64,000 nucleotides of DNA from Planctomycetota bacterium (GTDB lineage: Bacteria; Planctomycetota; UBA1135; UBA2386): assembly GCA_947501605.1 (NCBI GenBank), contig CANMWZ010000004.1:143349-207348 (forward strand). The letters are read 5' to 3'. The notes under the pieces are model-generated. The model did not search any database. It was given only the letters and a program-made list of their open reading frames with translations, and was not told where the DNA came from. Position numbers and translations under genes: made by a program. This document shows positions 29,039 to 38,941 of the stretch, one piece after another. Every line of letters begins with the position of its first letter. Position 1 is the first letter of the stretch.

Positions 29039-30127
29039 ATGCCAAAGCTCCGTGTTCTGGTTGTGGATGATGCCGTCGTCGTTCGGCGTCTCGTTTCGGA
29101 TGCGCTCAATGCCGATCCGGAGCTCGAAGTCTGTGGCACCGCCAGCAACGGCAAGCTCGCATTGGACTTGTTGCTGCAACTAGCGCCCGACGCGGTGACG
29201 CTCGATGTCGAGATGCCGGAGCTGGATGGCCTCTCGACGCTGCGCGAGCTGCGCAAGAAGTGGCCGCGGTTGCCGGTGGTGATGCTGTCGGCACTGACCG
29301 AGAAGGGCGCTAGTGTGACGCTTGACTGCCTGTCCGCTGGCGCCTCGGGCTACGTGACCAAACCAACGGGCGTCGGCAACATGGCTGCCGCCAAGGAGCA
29401 AGTGCGTTTGGAACTTGCCCCGATGCTGAAGGCTCTGTGTCAGCGCAAGAGTGCTGCCGCGGCGATGACGACTCCGCGCGTCACGGTGCCGCCGCGCTCC
29501 GTTACTCCGGCCGCTGCCCTGAAGTCCGCGGAGATCCTGGCGATTGGCGTTTCGACCGGTGGGCCCAACGCCCTTGCGGAGCTCATTCCGGCGCTCCCGG
29601 CCGACCTTGCTGTTCCAGTTGTGATCGTGCAACACATGCCGCCCGTGTTCACGCGCCTCTTGGCCGAGCGACTGGCTGCGAAGTCGAAGCTACCAGTCAC
29701 CGAGGCGATCGATGGCGAGACCCTGGTGCCGGGCCACGTCTACGTGGCGCCTGGGGATTTCCATATGGTGTTACAACGCCGAGGCACCAGCGTCTGCATC
29801 GCCATCAACCAAGAGCCGCACGAGAACTCGTGTCGTCCCGCGGTGGACCCGCTCTTCCGTTCCGTGGCCGCCATCTACGGCAAGCGCGCGCTCGGCGTCG
29901 TGCTGACCGGTATGGGGCGCGACGGCCTTCGTGGTTGCGAGATGCTGCGCGAAGCAGGGGCTCAGATCCTGGCCCAAGACGAGGAGACAAGCGTGGTGTG
30001 GGGCATGCCTGGGTTTGTCGCCCGCGCCGGTCTCGCCGACGACGTGATTCCACTGGCGCGCGTTGCGACGGAGATTCTCCGCCGCCTCGTGGCCAAACCC
30101 ATCCGACTCATCGGAGCGCAAAAATGA
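29039..30127 (+). CDS. cheB: Chemotaxis methylesterase CheB
   Basis: Receiver domain plus GVSTGGP, VQHMP, RPAVD, LTGMGRDG and VWGMP. Confidence 0.95.
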   Translation: MPKLRVLVVDDAVVVRRLVSDALNADPELEVCGTASNGKLALDLLLQLAPDAVTLDVEMPELDGLSTLRELRKKWPRLPVVMLSALTEKGASVTLDCLSAGASGYVTKPTGVGNMAAAKEQVRLELAPMLKALCQRKSAAAAMTTPRVTVPPRSVTPAAALKSAEILAIGVSTGGPNALAELIPALPADLAVPVVIVQHMPPVFTRLLAERLAAKSKLPVTEAIDGETLVPGHVYVAPGDFHMVLQRRGTSVCIAINQEPHENSCRPAVDPLFRSVAAIYGKRALGVVLTGMGRDGLRGCEMLREAGAQILAQDEETSVVWGMPGFVARAGLADDVIPLARVATEILRRLVAKPIRLIGAQK

Positions 30128-30606
30128 CGTTAGAGACCCTCGACCTCGGCACCGCAGTCTCTGGTGTGTTCGAGAGCATGCTCGGCCTGCCGCTCACCGT
30201 TGCAGACGAGTTCGCCGAATCCCAAGCCGATCTGCCGTCGGTCACGGGTGTCATCAGCATTTCAGGCGAGTGGAACGGCGCCGTGGTCGTGACCGTGCCA
30301 GAAGCGCTGGCGCGAGCAATCGCTGCTGCGATGTTTGCCATGGATGCCGATGCTCTGACCTCGGTCGAAATCAACGACGCAATCGGCGAGCTGTCGAACA
30401 TGGTTGGCGGTGCAACCAAGACGATGATCGGCGGCTCCTGTTCGATCTCGCTGCCGTCCGTTACCGAGGGTGTTCGATACCGAGTCAGTATCCCTGGCGC
30501 TCGCGAGGTGGCTGCATCCCGGTTTGATTGCAACGGCGACTTGATGACGGTCACTGTCGTTCAAGGCGCATCCAAGTCCTCCAACACCACCAGGAAACCG
30601 CTGTGA
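30124..30606 (+). CDS. cheX: Second CheX-family phosphatase
   Basis: DAIGELSNMVGG and ISLPSV. Confidence 0.9.
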   Translation: MTLETLDLGTAVSGVFESMLGLPLTVADEFAESQADLPSVTGVISISGEWNGAVVVTVPEALARAIAAAMFAMDADALTSVEINDAIGELSNMVGGATKTMIGGSCSISLPSVTEGVRYRVSIPGAREVAASRFDCNGDLMTVTVVQGASKSSNTTRKPL

Positions 30607-30965
30607 AAATCCTCATTGTCGACGATTCGAAGGCCATGCGAATGATCGTCATGCGCCACCTGCGTCAAGCCGGATTCGGCAATCACACGCTCGAAGAGGC
30701 CGCGAACGGTGTCGAGGCGCTGAACGCCGCGACGGCGTCGCCGCCGGACCTCATTCTCTGCGATTGGAACATGCCGGAAATGAACGGCCTCGACTTCTTG
30801 AAGGCTCTCCGCGGCAAGAAGATGAACACGCCATTCGGCTTCGTGACCACGGAGTCGAGTCCGGAGATGCGGCAGACGGCGGTAGGCGCCGGGGCTGCGT
30901 TCTTGATCGCCAAGCCGTTCACCGTCGAGACGTTCGAGACGACGCTGTCGCCCTTCCTCAAGTGA
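30603..30965 (+). CDS. cheY: Second CheY-like response regulator
   Basis: GTG start overlapping the cheX stop; VDDS, DWNMPEMNG, FVTTE and KPF. Confidence 0.92.
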   Translation: MKILIVDDSKAMRMIVMRHLRQAGFGNHTLEEAANGVEALNAATASPPDLILCDWNMPEMNGLDFLKALRGKKMNTPFGFVTTESSPEMRQTAVGAGAAFLIAKPFTVETFETTLSPFLK

Positions 30966-30984
30966 AGCGCACGGCGCCGGCCGC

Positions 30985-32523
30985 TCAGCGGCCCTGGCGT
31001 CCCCGGTAGACGAAGATCGTCTCGTCCTTGGGCCCTACCCAGATCGGAAACACCGCGATGAGGTCCATCTCGGTGTGGATGGTCCGCTGTAGCCGGCGGT
31101 CGGGGTCCTTCTCGCGCAGTTCTGGCATCGTCAGGATCGCATACAGCGGTTGCCGGTTGGCGAGACTGCGACTGCTAACGGCAGCAAACCAATCGGGGGC
31201 ACCACCGGCATTCGCCATGTCCTGGGTCTCGATGCTGATGACTTCGCGCTGCGCGTCTGCCGGAGCCGCCTTGTCGGGCGCGTAGTGCCAGCGCCGCAGG
31301 TAGAACTGCACCGTGGGTTCGTTGATGGTCAGCACCATCACCGGCCCTCCCGTGACTTCGCCTTCCACCAATGCGGCGGCTTCACTCCATTGACCGCGGT
31401 CGCCCTTCTGCACGGTGAAATAGAGATAGTCGTACGCCGCCATGTCGAGGCAGACGATCGCCGGTAGCACCAGCGCCGGCACGATCCGGCCCCAGCGCTG
31501 CGACCTGACGTAGGCGGCTTGCAGTGCGCGTCCGATGCGCACGCAGGCAACCCCACACAAGAGCAAGATCGCGGGGAGCGTGCAGATGGCGTAGCGGGCG
31601 GTCACCTTGACGAGATTGGTTCCCAGCACGGCAAGGGCCAGCAAGGGCACGACGGCCCAGAGCGATAGGTAAAGGCTGCGGCCGCGCGGCCGTTCGGTGA
31701 GCAGGAGCCAGGCGCCGACGGCAGCAATCAACAGGAGCGACGGGCGGAAGTAGAACGCGGTCGTCTGCAACAAGTGCGCGAGGCCGGGCCCGGACTTCGA
31801 CCGCACGAACTCGTGGAAGGGGGGGATGGTGCTGAGGAGCTCGACGGCACCAAGACTGAGGGCGAAGACCGCGCCCGCCAACAGCGCGCTGCGCTTGCTC
31901 GGTTCACGATTCGCGACGAAGAGGTAGGCGACCAGTGGTCCGGCGAGGAGCCCGGCTGTGGGGTGGCAAGTGATCCCGATGCACAGGGCCAGAACCGATA
32001 GGCTGAGCATCGCCACACTGCGCCGGTGCACGCCGATCCAGAAGATGCCGCCGGCAAGCAGCGCGAACAGGAAGACGAGGACGTAGCCGCGCGCGTTCTG
32101 ACTCCAATAGATGTGCCACGGGTCGATCGCAAGAAAGAGCGCGGCGAGCAGTGCGGACGGGCGACCGACCAGGAACCGTCCGAGCACGGCGAGCAGCGGC
32201 ACCGACAGTGCGCCAGCAACGGCGAAGGGCAGTCGCAGCAGCCCTTCCGACAGGCTTGCCGGATCGGCGACATCGAGGATCCACCGCAAGATCGCGTACG
32301 AGGTCGGGTAGTAACTGCGATTGCACGCCCAGAACACCTCGCTCGGCAGCGTCGCATCGCGCCAGCTGTGTGCTTCGTCGACCCAAAACGACCACACGTC
32401 GAGGCGCAGCAATCGCAGCCACGTGCCGAGCGCCGTGATGGCGACGAGCAGCGCCCACTGTCGGGCCGTGAACGGCGCAGACGGGTGGGCAGCGGCGACG
32501 GCATGAGGGACCGAAGCCGTCAT
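30985..32523 (-). CDS. GT-C fold membrane glycosyltransferase (GT39/PMT- or ArnT-like)
   Basis: LRLLRL..SFWVDEA, LRLPFA, IYWSQNARGY and RY motifs with about 11-12 transmembrane helices. Confidence 0.85.
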   Translation of the reverse strand: MTASVPHAVAAAHPSAPFTARQWALLVAITALGTWLRLLRLDVWSFWVDEAHSWRDATLPSEVFWACNRSYYPTSYAILRWILDVADPASLSEGLLRLPFAVAGALSVPLLAVLGRFLVGRPSALLAALFLAIDPWHIYWSQNARGYVLVFLFALLAGGIFWIGVHRRSVAMLSLSVLALCIGITCHPTAGLLAGPLVAYLFVANREPSKRSALLAGAVFALSLGAVELLSTIPPFHEFVRSKSGPGLAHLLQTTAFYFRPSLLLIAAVGAWLLLTERPRGRSLYLSLWAVVPLLALAVLGTNLVKVTARYAICTLPAILLLCGVACVRIGRALQAAYVRSQRWGRIVPALVLPAIVCLDMAAYDYLYFTVQKGDRGQWSEAAALVEGEVTGGPVMVLTINEPTVQFYLRRWHYAPDKAAPADAQREVISIETQDMANAGGAPDWFAAVSSRSLANRQPLYAILTMPELREKDPDRRLQRTIHTEMDLIAVFPIWVGPKDETIFVYRGRQGR

Positions 32524-32701
32524 CGCGTGACGGGTAGCAAAGGCATGGGGGCTCTGTTGAGAATACGACACGGGTGCGCGCAGGGAACGACTCGGCCCGA
32601 ACTCGCGGTCGTGACGGTCGGATCGATGCCGTGGCCGCGAGATCTCGTACTTCGGCTCCGCGCGTGCTGCCAGTAGGCTCTGCCCGAGTGACCAAACTGC
32701 G

Positions 32702-34213
32702 GTGCGAACGACGCGACAGGGCGGTGAGCCAGTGACGCTGCGCACGGTGGTGTGGTCTGGTCGACCCTTCGCGCCGGCGCCCGTCGGCGCGATCGTGGCG
32801 GCGCGTCGCAAGGGGCCGATGCGAGTCGTCGATGACAGCGGTCTCGAGGTGCGTGTCGCCTCCGGGCGCCTGCTGTATGAGGCCTTGCGGTTGGCTTGGC
32901 AGCGCGCGGTCAACGGCGCGTTGGCCGTTGTTGCCGGCGCGCTCACGACTCGCCGGACTCCGCCGCTGCGTCGCACCGCTGGCCACGCTGCCGGTCCCGT
33001 CGTGCTGGTGGTGCCGGTGCTGCCAGACCAGAGCCACACGTTCGTGTATCGCGAAGTCCTGGCCTTGCTGCGCGCGCGGCCCGACTGGCGCTGCGTGGTG
33101 CTCGCCAAGAACGCGCTGGCGCCGCGGCACGGTGAGGCCGAGGAACTGACGGCGAAAGTGACCTTTCTGCCGCGGGCGGGCGTCACCGTCCGCGCCATCC
33201 GCGTGCTCCGTTGGCTGTGCCGCTCGCGAGGTCGGGAGCTGTTTGCGATGTATCGGGCGCAGCCCGGCGGCTCGGTGGGGGGACTGCTCGGTCGGCGCGT
33301 TCTGCGCGAGCCGCGCGATCCCGGCAACGCCTTCGAACTGGCCGACTTACTGGCGCCGATGCGCCCGTGCCATGTACACGTCTACAGCTCGACGCATCCG
33401 ACCAACGTTGCGATGGGCGCCGCGCACCTGCTGTCGCTCCCGTTCTCGATTTCGTCGTACGTCGACTTCGAGTTTGGCTATCAGCACAAGATGCTGGCGG
33501 AGAAGGTGGCGCGGGCGACCTTCTTCCGCGTGGTGACGAAGTTCTGCGCCGCGAGGCTCCTGGCAATGCCAGGACTGCCGGCACTCGACGTGAACAGCGT
33601 TCCGGTCGTCTATCTGGGTCTCGACCTTGCCAACTGGCGGCAGCGAGCTGCGCCGCAGAGACGCGGAGTGCTGCTGAGCGCCGCGCGGCTCGTGCCCAAG
33701 AAGGGGCTGCAATTCGTACCTGCCGCCCTGCGCATCCTTCGCGATCGCGGGATCGTCTGCCGCTGGCGCGTCATTGGTGATGGGCCCGAGCGCTTTGCAC
33801 TCGAAGCGGCTTGTCGCGAGCGCGGCGTCGCCGACCTCGTCGAGTTTCTCGGCGCCTTGGCCAGCAACGAAGTCCGACGAGAGCTCCTGACGGCGGACCT
33901 TGCTGTGCTGCCGTGCGTGATTGCTGCCGATGGCGAGCGGGATGGCATCCCAGTGTTTCTCAACGAAGCGATGGCGCTCGCGGTGCCAGTGGTCACGACT
34001 CCGATCTCCGGCATCCCGGAGATGGTGCGGGATGGCGAGACCGGGTTTCTGGCCCAACCAGGCGACAGCCAGAGTCTCGCGGACACGATTGCCCGCGCGT
34101 TGGCGTCTCCGGAGTTGGCCAGGACGGTTGGCGACAGTGGCCGCGCGCTCGTCCACGACATGCTCGACGTCGACGTGACCGCGGCGCAGTTGCTCGCGAG
34201 GATCGAGGCGTGA
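32702..34213 (+). CDS. Glycosyltransferase family 4 (WcaL-like)
   Basis: SHTFVYRE, ARLVPKKG and ERDGIPVFLNEAMALAVPVV. Start uncertain. Confidence 0.88.
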   Translation: MRTTRQGGEPVTLRTVVWSGRPFAPAPVGAIVAARRKGPMRVVDDSGLEVRVASGRLLYEALRLAWQRAVNGALAVVAGALTTRRTPPLRRTAGHAAGPVVLVVPVLPDQSHTFVYREVLALLRARPDWRCVVLAKNALAPRHGEAEELTAKVTFLPRAGVTVRAIRVLRWLCRSRGRELFAMYRAQPGGSVGGLLGRRVLREPRDPGNAFELADLLAPMRPCHVHVYSSTHPTNVAMGAAHLLSLPFSISSYVDFEFGYQHKMLAEKVARATFFRVVTKFCAARLLAMPGLPALDVNSVPVVYLGLDLANWRQRAAPQRRGVLLSAARLVPKKGLQFVPAALRILRDRGIVCRWRVIGDGPERFALEAACRERGVADLVEFLGALASNEVRRELLTADLAVLPCVIAADGERDGIPVFLNEAMALAVPVVTTPISGIPEMVRDGETGFLAQPGDSQSLADTIARALASPELARTVGDSGRALVHDMLDVDVTAAQLLARIEA

Positions 34214-35304
34214 ACGCCGCGCGACAGCTGCTCTTGTGCGCGTGTTGGCCGCTGGTGTGGCTCGGTGCCCTTGCGTTCTCCTTGCTGCTCGTTTTGATCG
34301 ATCTGGTCTGTTGGCCCTTCCTTCGCCTGCTGCGCCGCGTGCCTGCCGATGTGGCGCCCGCGACTCGAAACGCCTCGATCATCGTACTCAATTGGAACGG
34401 GCTGCACTTCTTGCGCGAGTTGATGCCGTCGCTGCACACCGCCGTCCAGCGCTGCCCGGGTGACCACGAGGTGATCGTCGTCGACAACGGCAGCACCGAT
34501 GGATCGGCGGCTTGGCTGGAGCGGGAGCACGCCTTTGCGCGGGTCGTGTGCCTGCCCGAGAACCGGTTCTTCATCCGCGGTAACCGTGCCGGCTCCGCGA
34601 TTGCCTCGCGCGACATCTTGGTGTTCCTCAACAACGACATGCGTGTCGAAGAGGACTTTCTCGTCGAACTGCTGCGACCGTTTGGTGCGGGCGACCTGTT
34701 TGCGGTGAGCGCTCGGATCGAGATGCAGGGCGAGCGCAAGGAGACCGGGTTCACGCGCTGTTTCTTGCGCCGCGGTGAATTGCGCCTGATGCAAGAGCCC
34801 GGCGAGGCGGGCGAGCCGCGCCCGGTGTTGTGGGCCGGCGGCGGCAGCAGTGCTTTTGACCGCCGCAAGCATGATGCGATCGGCGGCTTCGAAGACCTCT
34901 ACGACCCTTGCTATGTCGAAGACGTGAGCTTGTCGTATCAGGCTTGGCGCCGCGGTTGGCGCTCGGTCTACGCCCACCGCAGTGTCGTCCACCACGCCCA
35001 TCGCGGAACTTCGAGCCGAGTGTTCACGCGAGCGCGGTTGGAGCGGTTGGATTGGCGCAATCGCGAGTTGTTCTTCGTCCGCAGCGTGACGGATCCGCTG
35101 CTCGTGCTGACGCATGGCCTGTGGTTTGGCTGGAACCTCAGGAAGCGTGCACGCTCGCTATCGCTGCCCATCGGCGATGGCGTGCTCGCGGTGCTCGCCG
35201 CGGTTCCGCGGCTGCCAGCGGCCGTCGTGGCCCGGCAGCGCGCACGGCGCCACTACCGTCGTGGCGATCGGGACGTGCTCGGCCTCGTCACTTCGAAGCC
35301 ATAG
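34210..35304 (+). CDS. Glycosyltransferase family 2 with N-terminal membrane segment
   Basis: SIIVLNWNG, VVDNGSTDGS, LNND and YVEDV. Confidence 0.9.
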   Translation: MNAARQLLLCACWPLVWLGALAFSLLLVLIDLVCWPFLRLLRRVPADVAPATRNASIIVLNWNGLHFLRELMPSLHTAVQRCPGDHEVIVVDNGSTDGSAAWLEREHAFARVVCLPENRFFIRGNRAGSAIASRDILVFLNNDMRVEEDFLVELLRPFGAGDLFAVSARIEMQGERKETGFTRCFLRRGELRLMQEPGEAGEPRPVLWAGGGSSAFDRRKHDAIGGFEDLYDPCYVEDVSLSYQAWRRGWRSVYAHRSVVHHAHRGTSSRVFTRARLERLDWRNRELFFVRSVTDPLLVLTHGLWFGWNLRKRARSLSLPIGDGVLAVLAAVPRLPAAVVARQRARRHYRRGDRDVLGLVTSKP

Positions 35305-35392
35305 ACGTGGCTTCGGACAGCGCCAGCGGCGGCGGCCAGCCCCGACGACCTCGGGCTGCATCGCGGCCTCGCCACGGCAACTACATGCTCCG

Positions 35393-36673
35393 CTACGAGT
35401 CCGCTCCTTGCCCTTGGCTGCCGCGGCTCGGCCTCGTGCGCAGGTCCTCTTCGACAGCAGCTCGAGCGCTGCCGCTGACGGTTGCGGTCATTGCCTCGAT
35501 GCAGAGCGCTCGCAAGTTCGCAATCGCCGCGGTGTGTGAGTAATGGCTCTCGACCAAGGCCCGGGCTCGAGCCACGTAATCGCGGCGCCGGTTGCCGAGC
35601 AGGTCGCGCAGTGCGGCCACACCCTGCTCCGGGGTTTCGAATCGACGGAAGTGCACGTCGTCCTCGGCACGGAGGCCCTCGGCACCAATCCCCGAACTCG
35701 CGACGGGGACACCGAGTGCAAACGCCTCGAGGATCTTCAGTCGCGTCCCGCCCCCTGTACGGATCGGCACGTAGGTCGCGTGGCTGGTCGCATAGTGCGG
35801 CAACAGGTCGGCAACGCGACCGAGGAACGACACGCCGTCGCGACCGCGCAAGTAGTTCGTGCCGCCAACGGCATCCTCGCCGATAACGCGCAGCTGGAGA
35901 CCCGGGAACGCGGCGCGCAGGACCGGCAGGTGCACTTCGACCAGTTCGACGACGGCCTCGAGGTTCGGTGGGTAGTCGAGGCGGCCGACAAACAGCAGCC
36001 GCGGCGGTCCCTCTGGCACCGCAGTGCCGAACGGCATGCGGGTCAGATCGACCGAGTTGGGCACCGTGGTCACGTGGGCCGTCGGGCACAGCCGCAGTGC
36101 CAGCGCCCGATCCACATCCGACACGGTGACTGCGCGCACAGCATTTCGCAGCGCGATGGACTCGACGCGCGCGATTCGTAGCGACTCCATGCGGCGCGAC
36201 ACGCGTTCGCCAAAGGGCCGCGCGGTGCCGTCGTTGCGGGCGAAGATCGCGGCTTCGACGTTGTGGAGGTGCAGCAACAAGCGTCTTGGCGTCTGGCGCA
36301 GCAAGGGCAGCACGTGGGAGCCATCCGCGACGACGAGGTCAAAGTCGTGCTCGCGCAGCAGCGCGCTCACGCGCGCGATCGCGGCGGGGGACCAGCGCCG
36401 AGCGAGCAGTTCGGATTGGCCGCGGACCCAACTGGCGACCTTGCGCAGTCGGCTCGGTTGCTCGACTTCGCGCCGTGGCAATTCGTGGAGTACGAGTCCG
36501 AGTTCGCTGGCGAGTCGCGCCGCATCGGCCCTGGCCTCGTCGCCTGCTACGGGCAGCGCATGATGGACCTCGCCAAGTCCCTGGAGTGCTGCCAGCAGCA
36601 CGCGCGTACGAATGCTCCCGCCGTGGGTGATCGGCTCGGCGACATAGGGCGAGAGGCAGAGAATTTTCCGCAT
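35393..36673 (-). CDS. Glycosyltransferase family 4
   Basis: HGGSIR, HNVE, VPNSVD, FVGRLDYPPN and GGGTRLKILEAFALGVPV. Confidence 0.9.
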   Translation of the reverse strand: MRKILCLSPYVAEPITHGGSIRTRVLLAALQGLGEVHHALPVAGDEARADAARLASELGLVLHELPRREVEQPSRLRKVASWVRGQSELLARRWSPAAIARVSALLREHDFDLVVADGSHVLPLLRQTPRRLLLHLHNVEAAIFARNDGTARPFGERVSRRMESLRIARVESIALRNAVRAVTVSDVDRALALRLCPTAHVTTVPNSVDLTRMPFGTAVPEGPPRLLFVGRLDYPPNLEAVVELVEVHLPVLRAAFPGLQLRVIGEDAVGGTNYLRGRDGVSFLGRVADLLPHYATSHATYVPIRTGGGTRLKILEAFALGVPVASSGIGAEGLRAEDDVHFRRFETPEQGVAALRDLLGNRRRDYVARARALVESHYSHTAAIANLRALCIEAMTATVSGSARAAVEEDLRTRPSRGSQGQGADS

Positions 36674-36761
36674 GACAGCCGGGGGCTGCTGAATACGGCG
36701 AACTGTAGACAAGGGGGCAGCGCTCGACGCAGGTCGGTCGGGGGGGCGCCAGTGCAGAAGG

Positions 36762-37730
36762 CTACCCGATGCCGCGTTCGAGGCGTTTGCCGAGCCAGCG
36801 GAAGAATGCGCCCTTCAGGCCCGGCAGGTTCGAACCTGCCTTCGCACCGAGGTATTGGCCCCAGCACTGCCAACGCACGTAGTCGCGGGTCCAGCGCAGG
36901 GCGTCGGCTTCCTGCTCCTTGCCCAAGTTCTGGCTGCGCACGAAGTCGAGGTGCTCCTTGGTGGCATGTTCGATGGCCCCGCGCACGGCTGCGCGCGTCG
37001 GAATGCCAACGAGGCCGAACAGCCCGCGCAGATTGCGATGGTCACAGAAGGTGCGCTTGCCCTCGGACCACGCCGATCGATCGTGGCTGTGCATCACGCA
37101 GGCGCCGCCTTGGTGCGCGAGGGCAAGGCCGGCGCGGATGGCGCGCATGCCAAACCAGACATCTTCGCCGAAGCGACGCGGCCCGAGCGGGAACTGTTGC
37201 CACGCGGAACGTCGGATCGCCGAGGCCACGTTGTCAAAGGCGCAGGTCATCAGTTGTTCGAAGGCCGGCAGGTCTTCGAGTCGCTTGCCCGGCGGCAACT
37301 GCTTCTTGGTGATGCCTTCGCCCCAGCCTGGCCACCCCCGGATGCGGCGATCGAGCACTGGTTGGCAGCCGCTGCGAGGCACTTGGCGGCACCACACGCC
37401 CGCAACCTGTGGGTCCGCGAAGGGCTCGACCATCCGCTGCAACCAGTCGCGGCCCATCGGCGTCGCGTCCTGGACCATGAGAACGATGATCTCGCCGGTC
37501 GTCATCGCGATGCCGCGGTCGCGCGTCGCGCCGTGGTCGAACTCACGCTTGTCGATCGGGGCAACGCGAAAGCCGCTGCGCTCGAGCCGCGCTACGGTCC
37601 CGTCGCCGGAGCCGCTGTCGATGGCGAGCAACTCGTCAAAGCGCACGCCGTCAAGTTGATCGAGGCCCGCCAGCACATCGTCGAGCAACGGGCCGGCGTT
37701 GTAGGTCGGAATGACGAGCGAGATGCGCAC
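36762..37730 (-). CDS. Glycosyltransferase family 2 (rhamnosyltransferase-like)
   Basis: ISLVIPTYNA, IDSGSGDGT, FDHGATR, VQDA, FDNVASAIRR, GED and HSH. Confidence 0.88.
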   Translation of the reverse strand: MRISLVIPTYNAGPLLDDVLAGLDQLDGVRFDELLAIDSGSGDGTVARLERSGFRVAPIDKREFDHGATRDRGIAMTTGEIIVLMVQDATPMGRDWLQRMVEPFADPQVAGVWCRQVPRSGCQPVLDRRIRGWPGWGEGITKKQLPPGKRLEDLPAFEQLMTCAFDNVASAIRRSAWQQFPLGPRRFGEDVWFGMRAIRAGLALAHQGGACVMHSHDRSAWSEGKRTFCDHRNLRGLFGLVGIPTRAAVRGAIEHATKEHLDFVRSQNLGKEQEADALRWTRDYVRWQCWGQYLGAKAGSNLPGLKGAFFRWLGKRLERGIG

Positions 37731-37761
37731 AGTGTTGGATGTTGCCGGGGCGCGCACCGCG

Positions 37762-37827
37762 GCGCCAGCCGCACAGTGCCAGCCGTAGAGTGCCAGCCGT
37801 AGAGTGCCAGCCGTAGAGTTCCAGCCG
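37762..37827. repeat. 14-bp tandem repeat (AGTGCCAGCCGTAG), 3 perfect plus 2 degenerate copies
   Basis: Perfect copies at 37775, 37789 and 37803; partial copies at 37762 and 37817; intergenic. Confidence 0.9.
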
Positions 37828-37838
37828 CTCGGCGCTGG

Positions 37839-38642
37839 CTACGCCGCCGCCAACTTGGCGGCGATGTCGTAGAGCTGCTCCCAGTTGGTCACGAACGCAG
37901 CGACCGGTGGCGCGACCTTGGTCGACCCGATCCACACAGCCTCGATCGCTGGCAGGGACAAGAACTCGAAGACGCGGCCGAACGCGCCGATGCCCTTCGC
38001 CTCGATGTCGCGCTCGTAGGAGACATCGAGCATCGGGTGGGTCCACTTCAGTCGATCGAGCTGGGCTCGAACCGTGACGCAGTCGCGGCAGTAGACCTCG
38101 AACTCGTCAGCCGGGATGGTGAAGGGGCCCTCGGGGTGCTCGATGCTTGCTGGGGTCTTGAAGAACGAGTGCCAGACGCCGGACCGCATCGCGCGGACGA
38201 GAGATGCGTACTGCGCGACCAGGTCGTCGCGGTGGACCCGGATGAGGGCAACCTCGCGCAGGCTCTCGTTCTCCTGCATGGCATCGACCAACTGCCGTGC
38301 CTCGAGTGCCGAGCCGAGCGCGACCTTGAGGCCGTTGGCGAGCACGCGATCCGACTTGGGGTGGGCCTTCGTGCCGCCATATCCCATCAATTTGGGGTCG
38401 CCTTCAGCACCCGGAATCAGGCTCAACGCATCGATCAGCAAGCCCATGCCATGCTCCCGTTCCCAATCGTTCTGGCCGCTCACCGTGAACGCCCCGATGC
38501 CGCGGGTGAAGAAGGGGTCGACGCGAATCTCGTCCATGGCCGTCCGGACGTCGGGATGACCCTGCAGCGCCTGGAGCGTGACCGTGGTGCCGCTCCTGGC
38601 CATGCCAACGATCACAAAGCGCTTTCTAGAAGGTGTTTGCAT
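37839..38642 (-). CDS. Sulfotransferase (Stf0-like)
   Basis: 5'-PAPS loop FVIVGMARSGTT..L..HP, R.D.VAQYAS, VSYE, VFEFL and VTNWEQL. Confidence 0.82.
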   Translation of the reverse strand: MQTPSRKRFVIVGMARSGTTVTLQALQGHPDVRTAMDEIRVDPFFTRGIGAFTVSGQNDWEREHGMGLLIDALSLIPGAEGDPKLMGYGGTKAHPKSDRVLANGLKVALGSALEARQLVDAMQENESLREVALIRVHRDDLVAQYASLVRAMRSGVWHSFFKTPASIEHPEGPFTIPADEFEVYCRDCVTVRAQLDRLKWTHPMLDVSYERDIEAKGIGAFGRVFEFLSLPAIEAVWIGSTKVAPPVAAFVTNWEQLYDIAAKLAAA

Positions 38643-38941
38643 GTGGCTCTTGCCAGCGCGCGAGGCTGCCTCGCCTACGGTCGTCTTGGGCAGGCGACTA
38701 CAAAACAACCCTACTCAAGAACGGCGACCCGGGAGGTCCGAAAAATGTAGTCGCGCCGCATTTGGGACGCGGCGGATCGCAAGGCACCGGCGGGAGTGCC
38801 GGTTCCGCTAGCCCGCTGGCTGGAAGAGTTTCTGCGCGCCCCTTAGGCGACGGCCGCAGGGTGAGCCGATAACCTCCCGCCCAGCCCACTCCTGTTGGCG
38901 ATCCTTCCGCACCCTGCCCCCTTGGCACGCCTCTCCTTCTG

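Noticed and set aside
30985..33327. 780-aa version of the GT39 ORF
   Set aside because: The N-terminal extension overlaps the divergent GT4 gene; the real start is probably ATG 32523.
37762..37827. Tandem repeats as a CRISPR array
   Set aside because: The units are 14 bp and contiguous, with no spacers and no cas genes.
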